IMG/VR virus record: IMGVR_UViG_3300032373_000018
Coordinates: 1 to 49,021 of that record
Source: a virus
Taxonomy: Duplodnaviria > Caudoviricetes
DNA: 49,021 nt
Reading direction: 5' to 3' (one strand)
The stretch's first letter is position 1. Every line of letters begins with the position of its first letter. Positions 1-7,675 of the stretch are shown one piece after another. The notes beneath the pieces were generated by a model, which worked only from the letters and a program-made list of their open reading frames with translations, was not told the DNA's origin and made no database searches. A program made the translations under genes and the position numbers.

Positions 1-174
1 CGCCGGTCGTGCTCCTAAGCTCCACAGGCCGCGCCTGGACGTCTGACGGCCTCAGAACGTCATTTGCCAAGGCGAAGAAGCGCGCTGGCATTGATGGTAA
101 GCGCTGGCACGACTTCCGAGGAACGGCTGTCACGCGCCTAGCGAAGACAAATTTACGTCTGGACGACATTGCGC
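1..174. repeat. Terminal direct repeat (circular assembly overlap), copy 1
   Basis: 1-174 matches 48848-49021 except T128 vs C48975 (synonymous Ala codon in the integrase). Confidence 0.97.
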
Positions 175-326
175 GCATCATAGGCTGGTCACGCACTCGC
201 GTAGAGGAAATTATGACCCGTTATGTGAGCGCTGATGAGGTCGCAAAAGACATGCTTTTGAGAATATCAGGAGAACAGGTTTTGCAAACTGAATTGCAAA
301 CCGAGCAAAACGAGGGGGACGAGTAA
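1..326 (+). CDS. int: Tyrosine integrase, C-terminal part (continues across the origin from 48067)
   Basis: HDFRGT (HxxR), GWS (H/W position) and RYV (catalytic Tyr); in frame with the ORF starting at 48067, about 368 aa in total. Confidence 0.95.
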   Translation, partial: PVVLLSSTGRAWTSDGLRTSFAKAKKRAGIDGKRWHDFRGTAVTRLAKTNLRLDDIARIIGWSRTRVEEIMTRYVSADEVAKDMLLRISGEQVLQTELQTEQNEGDE

Positions 327-479
327 ATGGCTGTATGTGTAGTGTTTATACTGGCACGGGCACTAGGACTTGAACCCAGGACCCTCGGTTTTGGAGACTG
401 CGGCTTCTCCAATGAAAACAGTGAAAACCCCTGCAAACCAACCGAAAACGTTCAAAGAACACGGGCCACGTTTGCAAAC
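282..479. promoter_or_regulatory. Putative integrase arm-type binding sites, (T/C)TGCAAAC
   Basis: Direct repeats at 282-289, 294-301, 431-438 and 472-479 flanking the tRNA-homologous core. Confidence 0.7.
352..398 (-). other. attP: attP core: 3' half of tRNA-Trp(CCA)
   Basis: Minus strand reads GTCTCCAAAACCGAGGGTCCTGGGTTCAAGTCCTAGTGCCCGTGCCA: CCA anticodon loop, T-arm and CCA end, no 5' half; directly downstream of int. Confidence 0.9.
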
Positions 480-505
480 CGTGATTTCTATATAGGAGAA
501 GAGAG

Positions 506-781
506 ATGAAAAGTGACGTTTTAGAAGACCGCCTGCCGGATGAATATGTTCACTGGATGAATGTCGTCGGCGAGGCTCGCGACACAAACGTCTGCACAGT
601 GCTAGTTCGGTTTCCGTCTGGCCAAGGTGAGGCCGTTCAATTCTTCGCTGTCGAGCACATGTTCAACGAAGATGGCGAAACCCTTGATCCGACAGAGGCC
701 ACCGAGGTCATTCTTACCAGCCGAGAGCAACTAGTTTTAGGCGACTGCGACCGCATTCATATGATCGTTGACCCAGCCTAA
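506..781 (+). CDS. Hypothetical protein (accessory gene next to attP)
   Basis: 91-aa ORF with AGGAG RBS. Confidence 0.7.
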   Translation: MKSDVLEDRLPDEYVHWMNVVGEARDTNVCTVLVRFPSGQGEAVQFFAVEHMFNEDGETLDPTEATEVILTSREQLVLGDCDRIHMIVDPA

Positions 782-818
782 CCCCCTCAGCGTATGTGCT
801 GGGTATAGGAGAGAGAAG

Positions 819-1046
819 ATGGCACTAAAGATGATTCCAACATACGCAAACTTTAGCATTCAAGAGAGTGACGGCGCAGACGCTACTTTTTCGCTTAGCG
901 ACGGGCCAAGCGCGATTGTTATCGAAGGCGTCTGCACTTTCGATCTGACAGACGGCTCAATAACGTTCAATGAAAAGTTCGATGGCAATCCAGATGCTGC
1001 CGCCAAGGCGTTTATAGAGCGTGTCAAAGAGCTAGGCCTTCGGTAA
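819..1046 (+). CDS. Hypothetical protein
   Basis: ATG at 819 preceded by AGGAGAGAG; followed by a hairpin. Confidence 0.7.
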   Translation: MALKMIPTYANFSIQESDGADATFSLSDGPSAIVIEGVCTFDLTDGSITFNEKFDGNPDAAAKAFIERVKELGLR

Positions 1047-1048
1047 AC

Positions 1049-1091
1049 AAAAAACCCCGCTGACCGGCCCAAATAAGGCTGTTCAGCGGGG
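1049..1091 (-). terminator. Rho-independent terminator
   Basis: CCCCGCTGA (1055-1063) / TCAGCGGGG (1083-1091) stem with a T-run on the minus strand. Confidence 0.75.
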
Positions 1092-1163
1092 CTCTCTACA
1101 CGACAGCTAGGAGCCCAGGTTTCCGGGGGGGCTGATGGGTCCGGGCTTTGGCTGTCAGTGCTC
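1049..1163 (-). ncRNA. Candidate small RNA with C7 loop
   Basis: Nested stems GACAGC/GCTGTC and AGCCC/GGGCT enclosing C7, followed by the terminator; no ORF in the track. Confidence 0.4.
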
Positions 1164-1184
1164 TATATAGTGTGAGAATGTGTC

Positions 1185-1359
1185 AGAAAAAGGCCGTTCA
1201 ATGGGGCGTAGCGGCTGGGCTCAATCCCCGAATTAAGTAGATCAGACTACACCGCAATGCTTAAGCAGGCCCACGGAACCATCCGCTCAAAGGTGGGTTT
1301 CGATCCCACTTTTCCTTACCAAACCTCGGCCAACGAGCGGGAATCGAACCCGCGTTCAC
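1185..1359 (-). ncRNA. Candidate structured RNA with tandem tRNA T-arm-like hairpins (or a leaderless 32-aa ORF at 1261-1359)
   Basis: GCGGG-TTCGATT-CCCGC (1337-1353) and GTGGG-ATCGAAA-CCCAC (1293-1309) immediately downstream of a near-consensus promoter. Confidence 0.5.
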
Positions 1360-1364
1360 CTCAG

Positions 1365-1393
1365 ATTCTACCCATCCTTACTGGATATTGCAA
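1365..1393 (-). promoter_or_regulatory. Sigma70-type promoter
   Basis: TTGCAA (1388-1393), 17-bp spacer, TAGAAT (1365-1370) on the minus strand. Confidence 0.75.
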
Positions 1394-1415
1394 GGGAAAT
1401 GGAGTATAAGAAGTT

Positions 1416-1616
1416 ATGACATATTCATTCGAAAAACGCGCATCTCAGATCATTCAAAAGCACGCCGAATTATCACCAGTTCAGGCGCTACGGTTGCTGC
1501 ATGAACTCCTTGAGAGCATGGACCCAATCGAGCTGGCTCAGTTCAAAAACGACAAACACCGGCAAGAAATGTATAGGCTCGGAAACCCCTATGTCGGTTC
1601 ACCCCTGCTCCGCTAA
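1416..1616 (+). CDS. Hypothetical protein, probably leaderless
   Basis: 66-aa ORF with TATAAG -10-like box 5 nt upstream of ATG; divergent from the candidate RNA. Confidence 0.6.
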   Translation: MTYSFEKRASQIIQKHAELSPVQALRLLHELLESMDPIELAQFKNDKHRQEMYRLGNPYVGSPLLR

Positions 1617-2039
1617 TTCAAGAGTCTCCGGTTCATTATATACTGGGAAACGGAAACGCTCAGGCTCGGCGGTTTTTTCCTCGATGAACTGGATCAAGGC
1701 TCTGTCAGGACGCAGCACGCGCGGTTTCTGGCAATGGTAAAGGGATGACACCTCATAGGCAGAAAGCTCCATCGAGACGAGATACTCACCAGCGGGACAT
1801 GCGGAGCGAATATAGCAACCAGACGTGAAGATCTGACGCTTCAGGGGCGCATAGGCGTTATTGATCGGTAGCTCATCACAGAATGCATATAGCGCGCCGT
1901 TTCGATAGCGATCCTCTGCCCAGATAAGCGTTGCCGTGATCGTTGGAAGGCCGACCAAGGCCAGCACGCCAACCACCAGCCAGAGCCGCCACTTTATCTC
2001 TATGGGCTTGGGGCGCTTAGGGGCGATGCGTCTAGGCAT
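1599..2039 (-). CDS. Membrane-anchored hypothetical protein
   Basis: 146 aa, N-terminal TM helix, several Cys; start overlaps the stop of the upstream ORF. Confidence 0.7.
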   Translation of the reverse strand: MPRRIAPKRPKPIEIKWRLWLVVGVLALVGLPTITATLIWAEDRYRNGALYAFCDELPINNAYAPLKRQIFTSGCYIRSACPAGEYLVSMELSAYEVSSLYHCQKPRVLRPDRALIQFIEEKTAEPERFRFPVYNEPETLELAEQG

Positions 2040-2208
2040 TGAAAGCCCACAGGATGAACAGGCCGACGCCCGCCATAGCTATGCTAAGACGGATCACACC
2101 GAGCCTGGATTGTTTGAGCTGCGGGGCGGTCAACGAAGCGCGCGAATGAAGTTTGCTAGCGTTCTCTATCAGGGCCTCTTTGCGTTGTTCTGTCAGGGCG
2201 TGCCTCAT
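2032..2208 (-). CDS. Small membrane protein (58 aa, not in ORF track)
   Basis: MRHALTEQRK...AMAGVGLFILWAFNA; AGGGG RBS; coupled to 1599-2039. Confidence 0.6.
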   Translation of the reverse strand: MRHALTEQRKEALIENASKLHSRASLTAPQLKQSRLGVIRLSIAMAGVGLFILWAFNA

Positions 2209-2241
2209 TGTTTTACCCCTTTGAATCTGGTATGGTTTTTT

Positions 2242-2778
2242 ATGACTGAAATCACCCCCGAAATCGTTCGAGAGTTACTCGATTATGACCCGGAAACCGG
2301 CACATTCGTCTGGCGAGAACGGGACAGAAAGTGGTCAAAATCGGATAAGGACTGGAAGCGCTGGAATACCCGGTTCGCCGGAAAGCCGGCGCTGGCAACG
2401 ATTCGCGGTGACGGGTACTACTGCGGGGCAATTCTTGGCGTCATGCAGAAAGCTCATCGAGTGGCATGGACGCATTTTTACGGAGAGTGGCCAAAGCAGG
2501 ACATTGATCACATCGACGGAAACCGACTGAGCAATCCGATCATCAATCTCAGAGACGTTTCCAGACAAAAAAACATGAGGAACATGTGGCTTCGGGGGAA
2601 CAACACGAGCGGCGTCTGTGGTGTCTATTGGGAGAGACGCCGACAAAAGTGGAAGGCTGCAATCAAGGTCGATTATAGGGACATTTGGTTAGGGTCTTTT
2701 GAAGACAAAGAGGAAGCAATCGCAGCTCGAAAGGCTGCTGAGCGTGAGTATGGGTTCTCAGAACGGCACGGCTCCTAA
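2242..2778 (+). CDS. HNH homing endonuclease with AP2 DNA-binding domain
   Basis: YDPETG, AHRVAW, IDHIDGNRLSN...NLR, NTSGVCGV, WKAAI, LGSF..KEEAIAARKAAE. Confidence 0.93.
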   Translation: MTEITPEIVRELLDYDPETGTFVWRERDRKWSKSDKDWKRWNTRFAGKPALATIRGDGYYCGAILGVMQKAHRVAWTHFYGEWPKQDIDHIDGNRLSNPIINLRDVSRQKNMRNMWLRGNNTSGVCGVYWERRRQKWKAAIKVDYRDIWLGSFEDKEEAIAARKAAEREYGFSERHGS

Positions 2779-3053
2779 CCGTCACAAACGCTCGTGTCGA
2801 AGCCCAAAGGCCTCTCTGTGACGTGACGACACCAATAGACGTTATTGTGAGCCTTGATGGCCAGATCAGTGGCTTTCGTCAGCACATCATCCCGAGAAAG
2901 CAGAATAGGCTCGTAGATGTCCGCCTCCGCCTCTGTCGTGACCAGTTCCTCAGTCGCGATAGTGGTAATCGCCGGGGTGCTCGTCGCGCAGCTCGGGAGA
3001 AGAAACACGCTCAGTGTTAGCGCGGACGGTATCAGCAGCTTCAACAGCTTCAT
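2775..3053 (-). CDS. o-spanin-like lipoprotein (Rz1-like)
   Basis: Signal peptide with lipobox-like LPSC; overlaps the upstream TM gene; lies in the lysis cassette. Confidence 0.7.
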   Translation of the reverse strand: MKLLKLLIPSALTLSVFLLPSCATSTPAITTIATEELVTTEAEADIYEPILLSRDDVLTKATDLAIKAHNNVYWCRHVTERPLGFDTSVCDG

Positions 3054-3249
3054 TTGAGTTTTTCCTTATTGCTTGGTCTTTCTGGAGCGCTTTGCGATCC
3101 TGGCGAAGCTTCTCGTTCTGAAGGAGCCGTCTGTCATGCTGAGCAAGCCAGTAAAGGAAGCTCAGAACGAATAGACCCGCACCCAGCGCAATCTGCGCGG
3201 CGCGGCTGTTGGCTATTGTGGAACCAATGCCAGTGAGTGTGGCGATCAT
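2950..3249 (-). CDS. i-spanin-like protein (Rz-like)
   Basis: N-terminal TM followed by a coiled coil; downstream of the endolysin. Confidence 0.7.
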   Translation of the reverse strand: MIATLTGIGSTIANSRAAQIALGAGLFVLSFLYWLAQHDRRLLQNEKLRQDRKALQKDQAIRKNSNEAVEAADTVRANTERVSSPELRDEHPGDYHYRD

Positions 3250-3365
3250 AGAAGATACCTCACGAACTCAGCCAGCGCGTATCCGCCAGCAGCCAATAAA
3301 AGCATGAGCGCATATCCAGACCAAAAGTAAGGATCTCGAGCCATTCGAAAAATGCACTTGATCAT
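3246..3365 (-). CDS. Small single-TM protein, holin or antiholin candidate (39 aa)
   Basis: MIKCIFRMARDPYFWSGYALMLLLAAGGYALAEFVRYLL; ATGA overlaps at both ends; two possible Met starts. Confidence 0.55.
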   Translation of the reverse strand: MIKCIFRMARDPYFWSGYALMLLLAAGGYALAEFVRYLL

Positions 3366-4483
3366 ACCTTCAACTGCGTGCCTAAACGCCCCTCCTTGGC
3401 GATCATCTCGCCTCTGAACATCTTCCAGAAACCGTATCCAATTAGTGGAATCCCAATAAATAGACCAATGATAATCAGATGATCGTAGGTGAATCCGCCA
3501 ACAACCGGGCCTGCCGTTTCAGACACCGCGCTGACGTCGCGAGATAGAGCTTTCACGGTCGCCGCTGTGGTCGCTGCGCCAGATAGGACTGCACCAAAGT
3601 TGACGTTCTCCTTGCCAGCCGTTTTCTTCGCAAGGCCACGATGGGTCGTGCTGTCTTCCATTGGTTTCGGGGGCTTCTTAACGTCGATATTGGGTGCCTC
3701 AATCGCGTTGCGAGCGGTAACAACAGTCCGATGCCCCATGAAGTCTGCATAGGTGCCGTCATATCCTGCTGACTTGGCTGACAGGTATTGCCTATCATCC
3801 ATGGTCATTGATGTTTCTGGCGTTGGATCGCTCATATCTTTGGTCACAGGTGCCCCCTGTTCTGGAATGATGGTTTCTTCGAATAGGTCTTCGTAGACGA
3901 TTGGAGGCGGCTTAGGCATAGCGCCGTCCCAGCCGAGAACACGTAGAAAATCATCGGGCTTGTCTTCCCAATCGACATTTTCGCCCGCGCGCCATTCCTG
4001 ACCAAAAGCTAAAGCCAGCTCCTTGAATCGACGCCGCCAGAGCCCCAGCATGGCAACGCCCTTGCTAGAGAATGTGCCGTCAATCCATTCATTGATAATC
4101 TGAATGGGTGGTTCGCCAGAGTTAATCCGCCCCCATAGACGCCAACCATAAACCTCTGTTGCGCCGAAATTGTACACCAAAGAGCCCAGCGCATTTGCCA
4201 AACTCGAGGCAATAGGAACGTGAATCAAATCCTCAAGAACCGGCTCAACCTCTTCGGCAATGTATTGCCGCAAGCGATCATAAGCCTCCTGATCGGTCAT
4301 TGTGTCGCCAATCTGCACAGGCGAGCCGTCCGCTCGTTTTGTGAAGCCAGGACCGTAAGTCAGTGTTCCCTTGATTTCATCGCCGTGCCGCAGATCCCTC
4401 CACGGTTCAAAATCGTCATAGGCCTTACGGTTTCCGCCCTCATTTATGAATAGAAATTCTTCAAGCCGCTGGTCTGTCAGCAT
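3362..4483 (-). CDS. Endolysin (GH24 phage lysozyme) with C-terminal membrane segments
   Basis: NEG...AYDD...TLTYGPG catalytic E/D/T pattern, SLVYNFG and GLWRRR motifs; hydrophobic C-terminus. Confidence 0.85.
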   Translation of the reverse strand: MLTDQRLEEFLFINEGGNRKAYDDFEPWRDLRHGDEIKGTLTYGPGFTKRADGSPVQIGDTMTDQEAYDRLRQYIAEEVEPVLEDLIHVPIASSLANALGSLVYNFGATEVYGWRLWGRINSGEPPIQIINEWIDGTFSSKGVAMLGLWRRRFKELALAFGQEWRAGENVDWEDKPDDFLRVLGWDGAMPKPPPIVYEDLFEETIIPEQGAPVTKDMSDPTPETSMTMDDRQYLSAKSAGYDGTYADFMGHRTVVTARNAIEAPNIDVKKPPKPMEDSTTHRGLAKKTAGKENVNFGAVLSGAATTAATVKALSRDVSAVSETAGPVVGGFTYDHLIIIGLFIGIPLIGYGFWKMFRGEMIAKEGRLGTQLKV

Positions 4484-5954
4484 CGTCTGCCCCTAATTCT
4501 GGTAAGGTTAACTCGGTAGAGTGGTCTTTGCCGTTCTCTGCTTGCTTGGGTTTCGGCTCTTCATCGGCCTTCTTTTTCGGTGCGTATTCACCCTCCATGA
4601 GGATGTAATCGATGTGCTCTTGCATAAGGTATGTCGGGCGCTCTTCGCTCAGGAAACCGCGCTCAATCGCTCTGTCAGCGCGCTTAACGTCGCCCTTTCC
4701 ATCCTTGTAGAAGCCTTTGGGTAGCTCTAGGCGCGCATCCATGAAGCGATTCAAGCGCAGCCTGACAGCGTTAGGCTCCATGCTGGAAAAGAATGTCCGC
4801 ATTGTTCCCTTAACTGTGCGTTTCGGCATTCCGTTATTCAGAGCCTTCATGATCATCAGAGACCAATAGGGGCCGTCATCAATCTGCAATTGTTCGCGTT
4901 CGGACTCCTCAGCTTCCTTGCGTGTTTCCCATCCCTTTTTAGCCCGCTCTGAAGCCTCCCGGCGCTCCGCATCTTTCGCTGCGGCAATAGCGTCCTGCAT
5001 GTGCATTTTCATCAGCTCTTTTGGGATAAAAATCACGATGCCTTCAGCGTTCAAAACCCAGAACACGATAAACGCGACTGCGCAGAGGTAGATCGCCCAA
5101 TCACTGGGATTTCTGTTTTGCGTGACAGCCTGGGCAATGCCGATAAATAGCGGTGCCCACTCGTCGGCTTCGGAGGCCTCTGCACGGTCGCGGGCTTGCT
5201 GTTCGGCTTCCTCGTCGCTCTCAGGAAACAAAATGCCCTGAATCTGACTATCAATCGCTGCGATGCGCACTGCTGCACTCTCTTGAAAGTTTTTACGCTG
5301 CGCCTTCTGCTCATCGGCAAGCTCTTCATTAACTTTGCCATCAGTGTCCAAGCGTCGAATCTCTTCCGTCAGAGGGTCAACTTTAAGCTTCAGATCAGCA
5401 CGAATTTCGCTTTTTTGCTTTTCAAGGGTGGCAACCTGTAGCTCTGTGCTCGCCGTTAGGTTGTCTTGAAATTGCTGCTCAATCTGTGCCGTGTCGCGCT
5501 TGTGAGACAGAGCCTCAAGGCCAATCCCGATGGCGTGCAGACAGACCAACACGGAAATGCTCAACCCGATACGACGCCAGACCTTGCCGCGCCGCTCCCA
5601 TTCCTGGGGCTTACGGCGCTTTAGAAGGCGTGTGCGCTCTGCTTCTGGCCAGTCATTGCGCTCAGCCTTGGCGAGCATTCTCGAGCGTTCTGAGGCCATC
5701 AGGAACACCGCAGCAAAGAACCGGAACGCAAAGCCCATCGCCATAAACGCAGCGGGAGCTATCGATGACCCTACAGCAAGGTTATAACTGAATTTACCAT
5801 CGAGATAGAGCAGCACCGCAAAGGCACCCAAAACGATTGTCCAGCCAAGCAAATACAGCCAGCTCGTAACGAAAAGAATAGCAAACTTGTCTCGCAGCCA
5901 GCGACCGAACATAGCAGCGCGGTCCCAGCTAGTAGGCTTGGTTTGAGTTGTCAT
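4461..5954 (-). CDS. Multi-TM coiled-coil membrane protein
   Basis: 497 aa; about 3 N-terminal TMs, a coiled coil, a further TM and a soluble C-terminus. Confidence 0.8.
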   Translation of the reverse strand: MTTQTKPTSWDRAAMFGRWLRDKFAILFVTSWLYLLGWTIVLGAFAVLLYLDGKFSYNLAVGSSIAPAAFMAMGFAFRFFAAVFLMASERSRMLAKAERNDWPEAERTRLLKRRKPQEWERRGKVWRRIGLSISVLVCLHAIGIGLEALSHKRDTAQIEQQFQDNLTASTELQVATLEKQKSEIRADLKLKVDPLTEEIRRLDTDGKVNEELADEQKAQRKNFQESAAVRIAAIDSQIQGILFPESDEEAEQQARDRAEASEADEWAPLFIGIAQAVTQNRNPSDWAIYLCAVAFIVFWVLNAEGIVIFIPKELMKMHMQDAIAAAKDAERREASERAKKGWETRKEAEESEREQLQIDDGPYWSLMIMKALNNGMPKRTVKGTMRTFFSSMEPNAVRLRLNRFMDARLELPKGFYKDGKGDVKRADRAIERGFLSEERPTYLMQEHIDYILMEGEYAPKKKADEEPKPKQAENGKDHSTELTLPELGADDADRPAA

Positions 5955-5972
5955 AAAGCCCCCTAGGCTTGA

Positions 5973-6497
5973 TTATTGAAATCCGCTGACGGCATCACCG
6001 ACTCTGTCGAGATGGCGAATTTCTGTTGGGCTTGTTTCAGCCCTTAGTGAAAAGTAGAACGTCACCAGAGCCGTCAGAAGAACGATGCAAGAGCCAACAA
6101 GCGCGATGCGATTCTTGTATCGTTGCACTTTCTTGTCCCGCTCAATCTGAGCCTTTTCTGCTATGGCCCGCTTGTTATCTTCGATTTTATCGACTTCATC
6201 ACTCACAGCGCGCGGAAGCTTCTGCATCAGTACGTCTTGCAGGGCATCCATAACCTCAGTGCGAAACTTCTGGTGGTCTCGTTCCATATCTGCCAAAATG
6301 GCGGATCGATACGAGCCAAGCCGCTCATCTATGAGCTTCAATAGATTGTCATTGCGCTCTTTGTCGTTTGCAGACGCCTTGGTCAGCATTTTGTCTGCTG
6401 CGTCCTGCACAAAGTCTTTCGTGGGCCGCTGTGACGTTTCAAACTCAAGCTTAGTTAGGCGATCTCGAAAACCGCTCCAATCCCCCGAATCTGGCAT
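5973..6497 (-). CDS. Coiled-coil protein with C-terminal TM
   Basis: 174 aa; TM IALVGSCIVLLTALVTFYF. Confidence 0.75.
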   Translation of the reverse strand: MPDSGDWSGFRDRLTKLEFETSQRPTKDFVQDAADKMLTKASANDKERNDNLLKLIDERLGSYRSAILADMERDHQKFRTEVMDALQDVLMQKLPRAVSDEVDKIEDNKRAIAEKAQIERDKKVQRYKNRIALVGSCIVLLTALVTFYFSLRAETSPTEIRHLDRVGDAVSGFQ

Positions 6498-7015
6498 TAG
6501 ACCACCTCTGCCAGCCTTGCGCGGTTCCAGTTAATCCCGCTCTCGATACGCTCAGCCTTGCGCAAAAGCTCCATTGCTTTCGACTTGTCATCGCCGCCCT
6601 CCAACCACCATTGGCGCTCGTTCATCAGGGCCGTGTACTTTTTGGTTAGCGCTTCCTGATTTTGCCGTGCCGTAAGTTCTGGATCGAAAAGATCAGCAAT
6701 CGCCTCAGGCGGCTCATCAGCAACGGGCTCGGGCTTCGCCTCCGCTTGTGCTCTTTCGAGGTTGCTAAGCGTGCGCTCAAGTACAGCCTCGCTCTCGACA
6801 GGCTCAGCCTCTATCCCAAGCTTGTTTTCAAGCGCTTGCACCCGGACAGCGAGCGACATAAGAGCCGCGGCAGGGTCGCCGTTAAAGAATAGGCGCCGCG
6901 CCATTTCCTGGCGTTCTGCCTCAACTTCCGCCCTTTGCCGCTCATCCTCGGACAGTTGAGGGGCAACGACACTTTTGACCGCAACGCGAGCGCCGCCGAT
7001 TAAATTATCTTCCAT
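6497..7015 (-). CDS. Hypothetical coiled-coil protein
   Basis: 172 aa; translationally coupled within the late operon. Confidence 0.75.
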   Translation of the reverse strand: MEDNLIGGARVAVKSVVAPQLSEDERQRAEVEAERQEMARRLFFNGDPAAALMSLAVRVQALENKLGIEAEPVESEAVLERTLSNLERAQAEAKPEPVADEPPEAIADLFDPELTARQNQEALTKKYTALMNERQWWLEGGDDKSKAMELLRKAERIESGINWNRARLAEVV

Positions 7016-7665
7016 TGCTGCTCTCTTTTCATAATAGCGTAGTCATATAATTGGCGGTCAAACCTCACAAAGTGCTCGATCTCGCCGGGTATGCTGTCAA
7101 AGATTGGTTCAGTTCGCCGCCTATTATCCGCTCTGATTTCGGGGCGCGGTGCACCCAGAACCTCAAACAGCCGCGCTGTGTCTTCTGCGAAACTCTCATT
7201 GAACAGCAATACATCGATATTGCTCAGATTGGCCTTCGCCTCTTCCAGATGACCCTCTGTAACCACGGCGCTCACAGGTGATGAACAAAGATAACGAACA
7301 AGCATATTGTCACACTGCGCAATAATGCTCGGATGCGACAGAGTATGGCTATCGGGCTCAAACCCGTCTCTGATCATACTGGCAAACAGATGGCCTAGCT
7401 TGTGATAGCGCTGCTCATCTCGTCGGCCATAATGGTGCTGCATCTCTGAGCGCAGGCGCCTCTCTGGCTCACGCAGGATGGCGAATATTTTGTGACCCGG
7501 ATAATCGCGCCGGACCTGTCTGAAATACTGGTGGCCTGATTTTATACGCGCATCAGTGGCATCCTCTACCCGCTGATGGCTCTGAAAGTCTTCCCCGAAA
7601 GCCTCGAGCAGCATCGCGTTAAGACTGGAGCCCGCTGTTTTGGGAATGTGTAGATGGAACCACAT
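7000..7665 (-). CDS. Sulfotransferase family protein (Sulfotransfer_2-like)
   Basis: FHLHIPKTAGSS (5'-phosphosulfate-binding loop), FAILREPERRLRSE (3'-phosphate-binding R..S) and D..LYD C-terminal motif. Confidence 0.85.
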   Translation of the reverse strand: MWFHLHIPKTAGSSLNAMLLEAFGEDFQSHQRVEDATDARIKSGHQYFRQVRRDYPGHKIFAILREPERRLRSEMQHHYGRRDEQRYHKLGHLFASMIRDGFEPDSHTLSHPSIIAQCDNMLVRYLCSSPVSAVVTEGHLEEAKANLSNIDVLLFNESFAEDTARLFEVLGAPRPEIRADNRRRTEPIFDSIPGEIEHFVRFDRQLYDYAIMKREQQWKII

Positions 7666-7675
7666 GTTGCGGCTA

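Noticed and set aside
352-403. Functional tRNA-Trp gene
   Set aside because: Only the 3' half is present, with no D-arm or 5' acceptor strand; it is the attP core
327-509. 60-aa ORF across attP
   Set aside because: It is a translation of the antisense tRNA fragment and arm sites, and would be split on integration
1200-1360. Complete tRNA gene
   Set aside because: T-arm-like hairpins are present but I could not build a cloverleaf on either strand
1936-2241. N-terminal extension of the HNH ORF
   Set aside because: It overlaps two better-supported minus-strand genes; HNH homology starts at Met 2242
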